Positions 63,305 through 64,000 of a stretch of 64,000 bases of DNA are shown here, in pieces. The stretch is from the NCBI RefSeq assembly GCF_964213995.1, contig NC_135819.1, positions 46,996,001-47,060,000 of the forward strand, in the 5' to 3' direction. The position numbers were made by a program, and so were the translations under genes. Every line of letters starts with the position of its first letter. The stretch's first letter is position 1. The notes under the pieces were generated by a model, which ran no database searches, had not been told where the DNA came from, and was given only the letters and a program-made list of their open reading frames with translations. This stretch comes from Mustelus asterias. Its lineage: Eukaryota.

Positions 63305-64000
63305 AATGTGTAGTATTGTGGAGCACTGCAGCTTACATTCCTAAAGACTCCTCTAAAAACAACCAAATTCACTTAGTGATTTTTACCCAGTTTTATACGG
63401 AACACTGGACATGATGAAAGAAAACAAGGTTATTCGTGGAAAGGGACAGATTAAATTACACCATACAGGGTGCAGTGGCAGGCAGAACTTACTAAAACAC
63501 ATCAAATAAAGACATTTTTACAATAATTGTGAACTGCATGATTGTCCTACTGTTGATGACACCTATAAATATAAAGCAAATAATCTCTGAAATTCCAACA
63601 GTATGAAACGTATGTTTTTAAAGTCTTGTGATCTGCCTTTGGATTAGGATCCTCTGCACTTGGACATTGCCAATTTTGGGCACCTACAAATATACATCGT
63701 GATGTCATTTCACAAGCATACGTACAGACAAACCAGTTTCACATCAATTCAAGGGCCTTATGAAATGCACAGAATCTTTTTTTGGGCATTTGCATGCATG
63801 CATTAAGGTGTCATGATACAAGCATACATACAGACAAAACCAGTTCCACATCAATTCAAGAGTCACCTACCTTACAATTATGATGATATGGTTCACAATT
63901 ACTTCATGCTGCCCAATGTCTCCCCATACGTCATGTCCATAGAGATAGAGTGAAAGAACTTCTCCATTAGAAGTAAGTCTGGTCATAATACAAGTTGTTG

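Overview
Repeat-rich vertebrate genomic DNA. The CR1/HER1-type LINEs and HE1-like V-SINEs point to a cartilaginous fish, probably a shark (inference). One host gene is recognisable: BCAP29 on the + strand, with 7 coding exons at 7017-41612 (92+101+151+136+109+101+36 nt = 241 aa, ending DKKEE) and a poly(A) signal at 43207. Most of the rest is CR1 and L2 LINE fragments (several nested), two SINE families, MITEs, a probable Helentron-type non-autonomous element and a probable solo LTR. Main findings: (1) a 1.2-kb fold-back Penelope (GIY-YIG) insertion with a 12-bp TSD and a minimal hammerhead ribozyme in each arm, plus a 111-bp hairpin version of the same element with its own 13-bp TSD; (2) a ~295-bp A-tailed element with two U2 snRNA 5' segments and tandem hairpins (candidate U2-derived SINE/ncRNA); (3) a chimeric SINE insertion that contains an exact 134-nt copy of the 5' end of the intron it sits in, starting at intron position +2 (possible template switch onto the intron lariat). 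Coordinates were read by eye, so repeat boundaries are approximate, and repeat family names come from recall rather than a database search.
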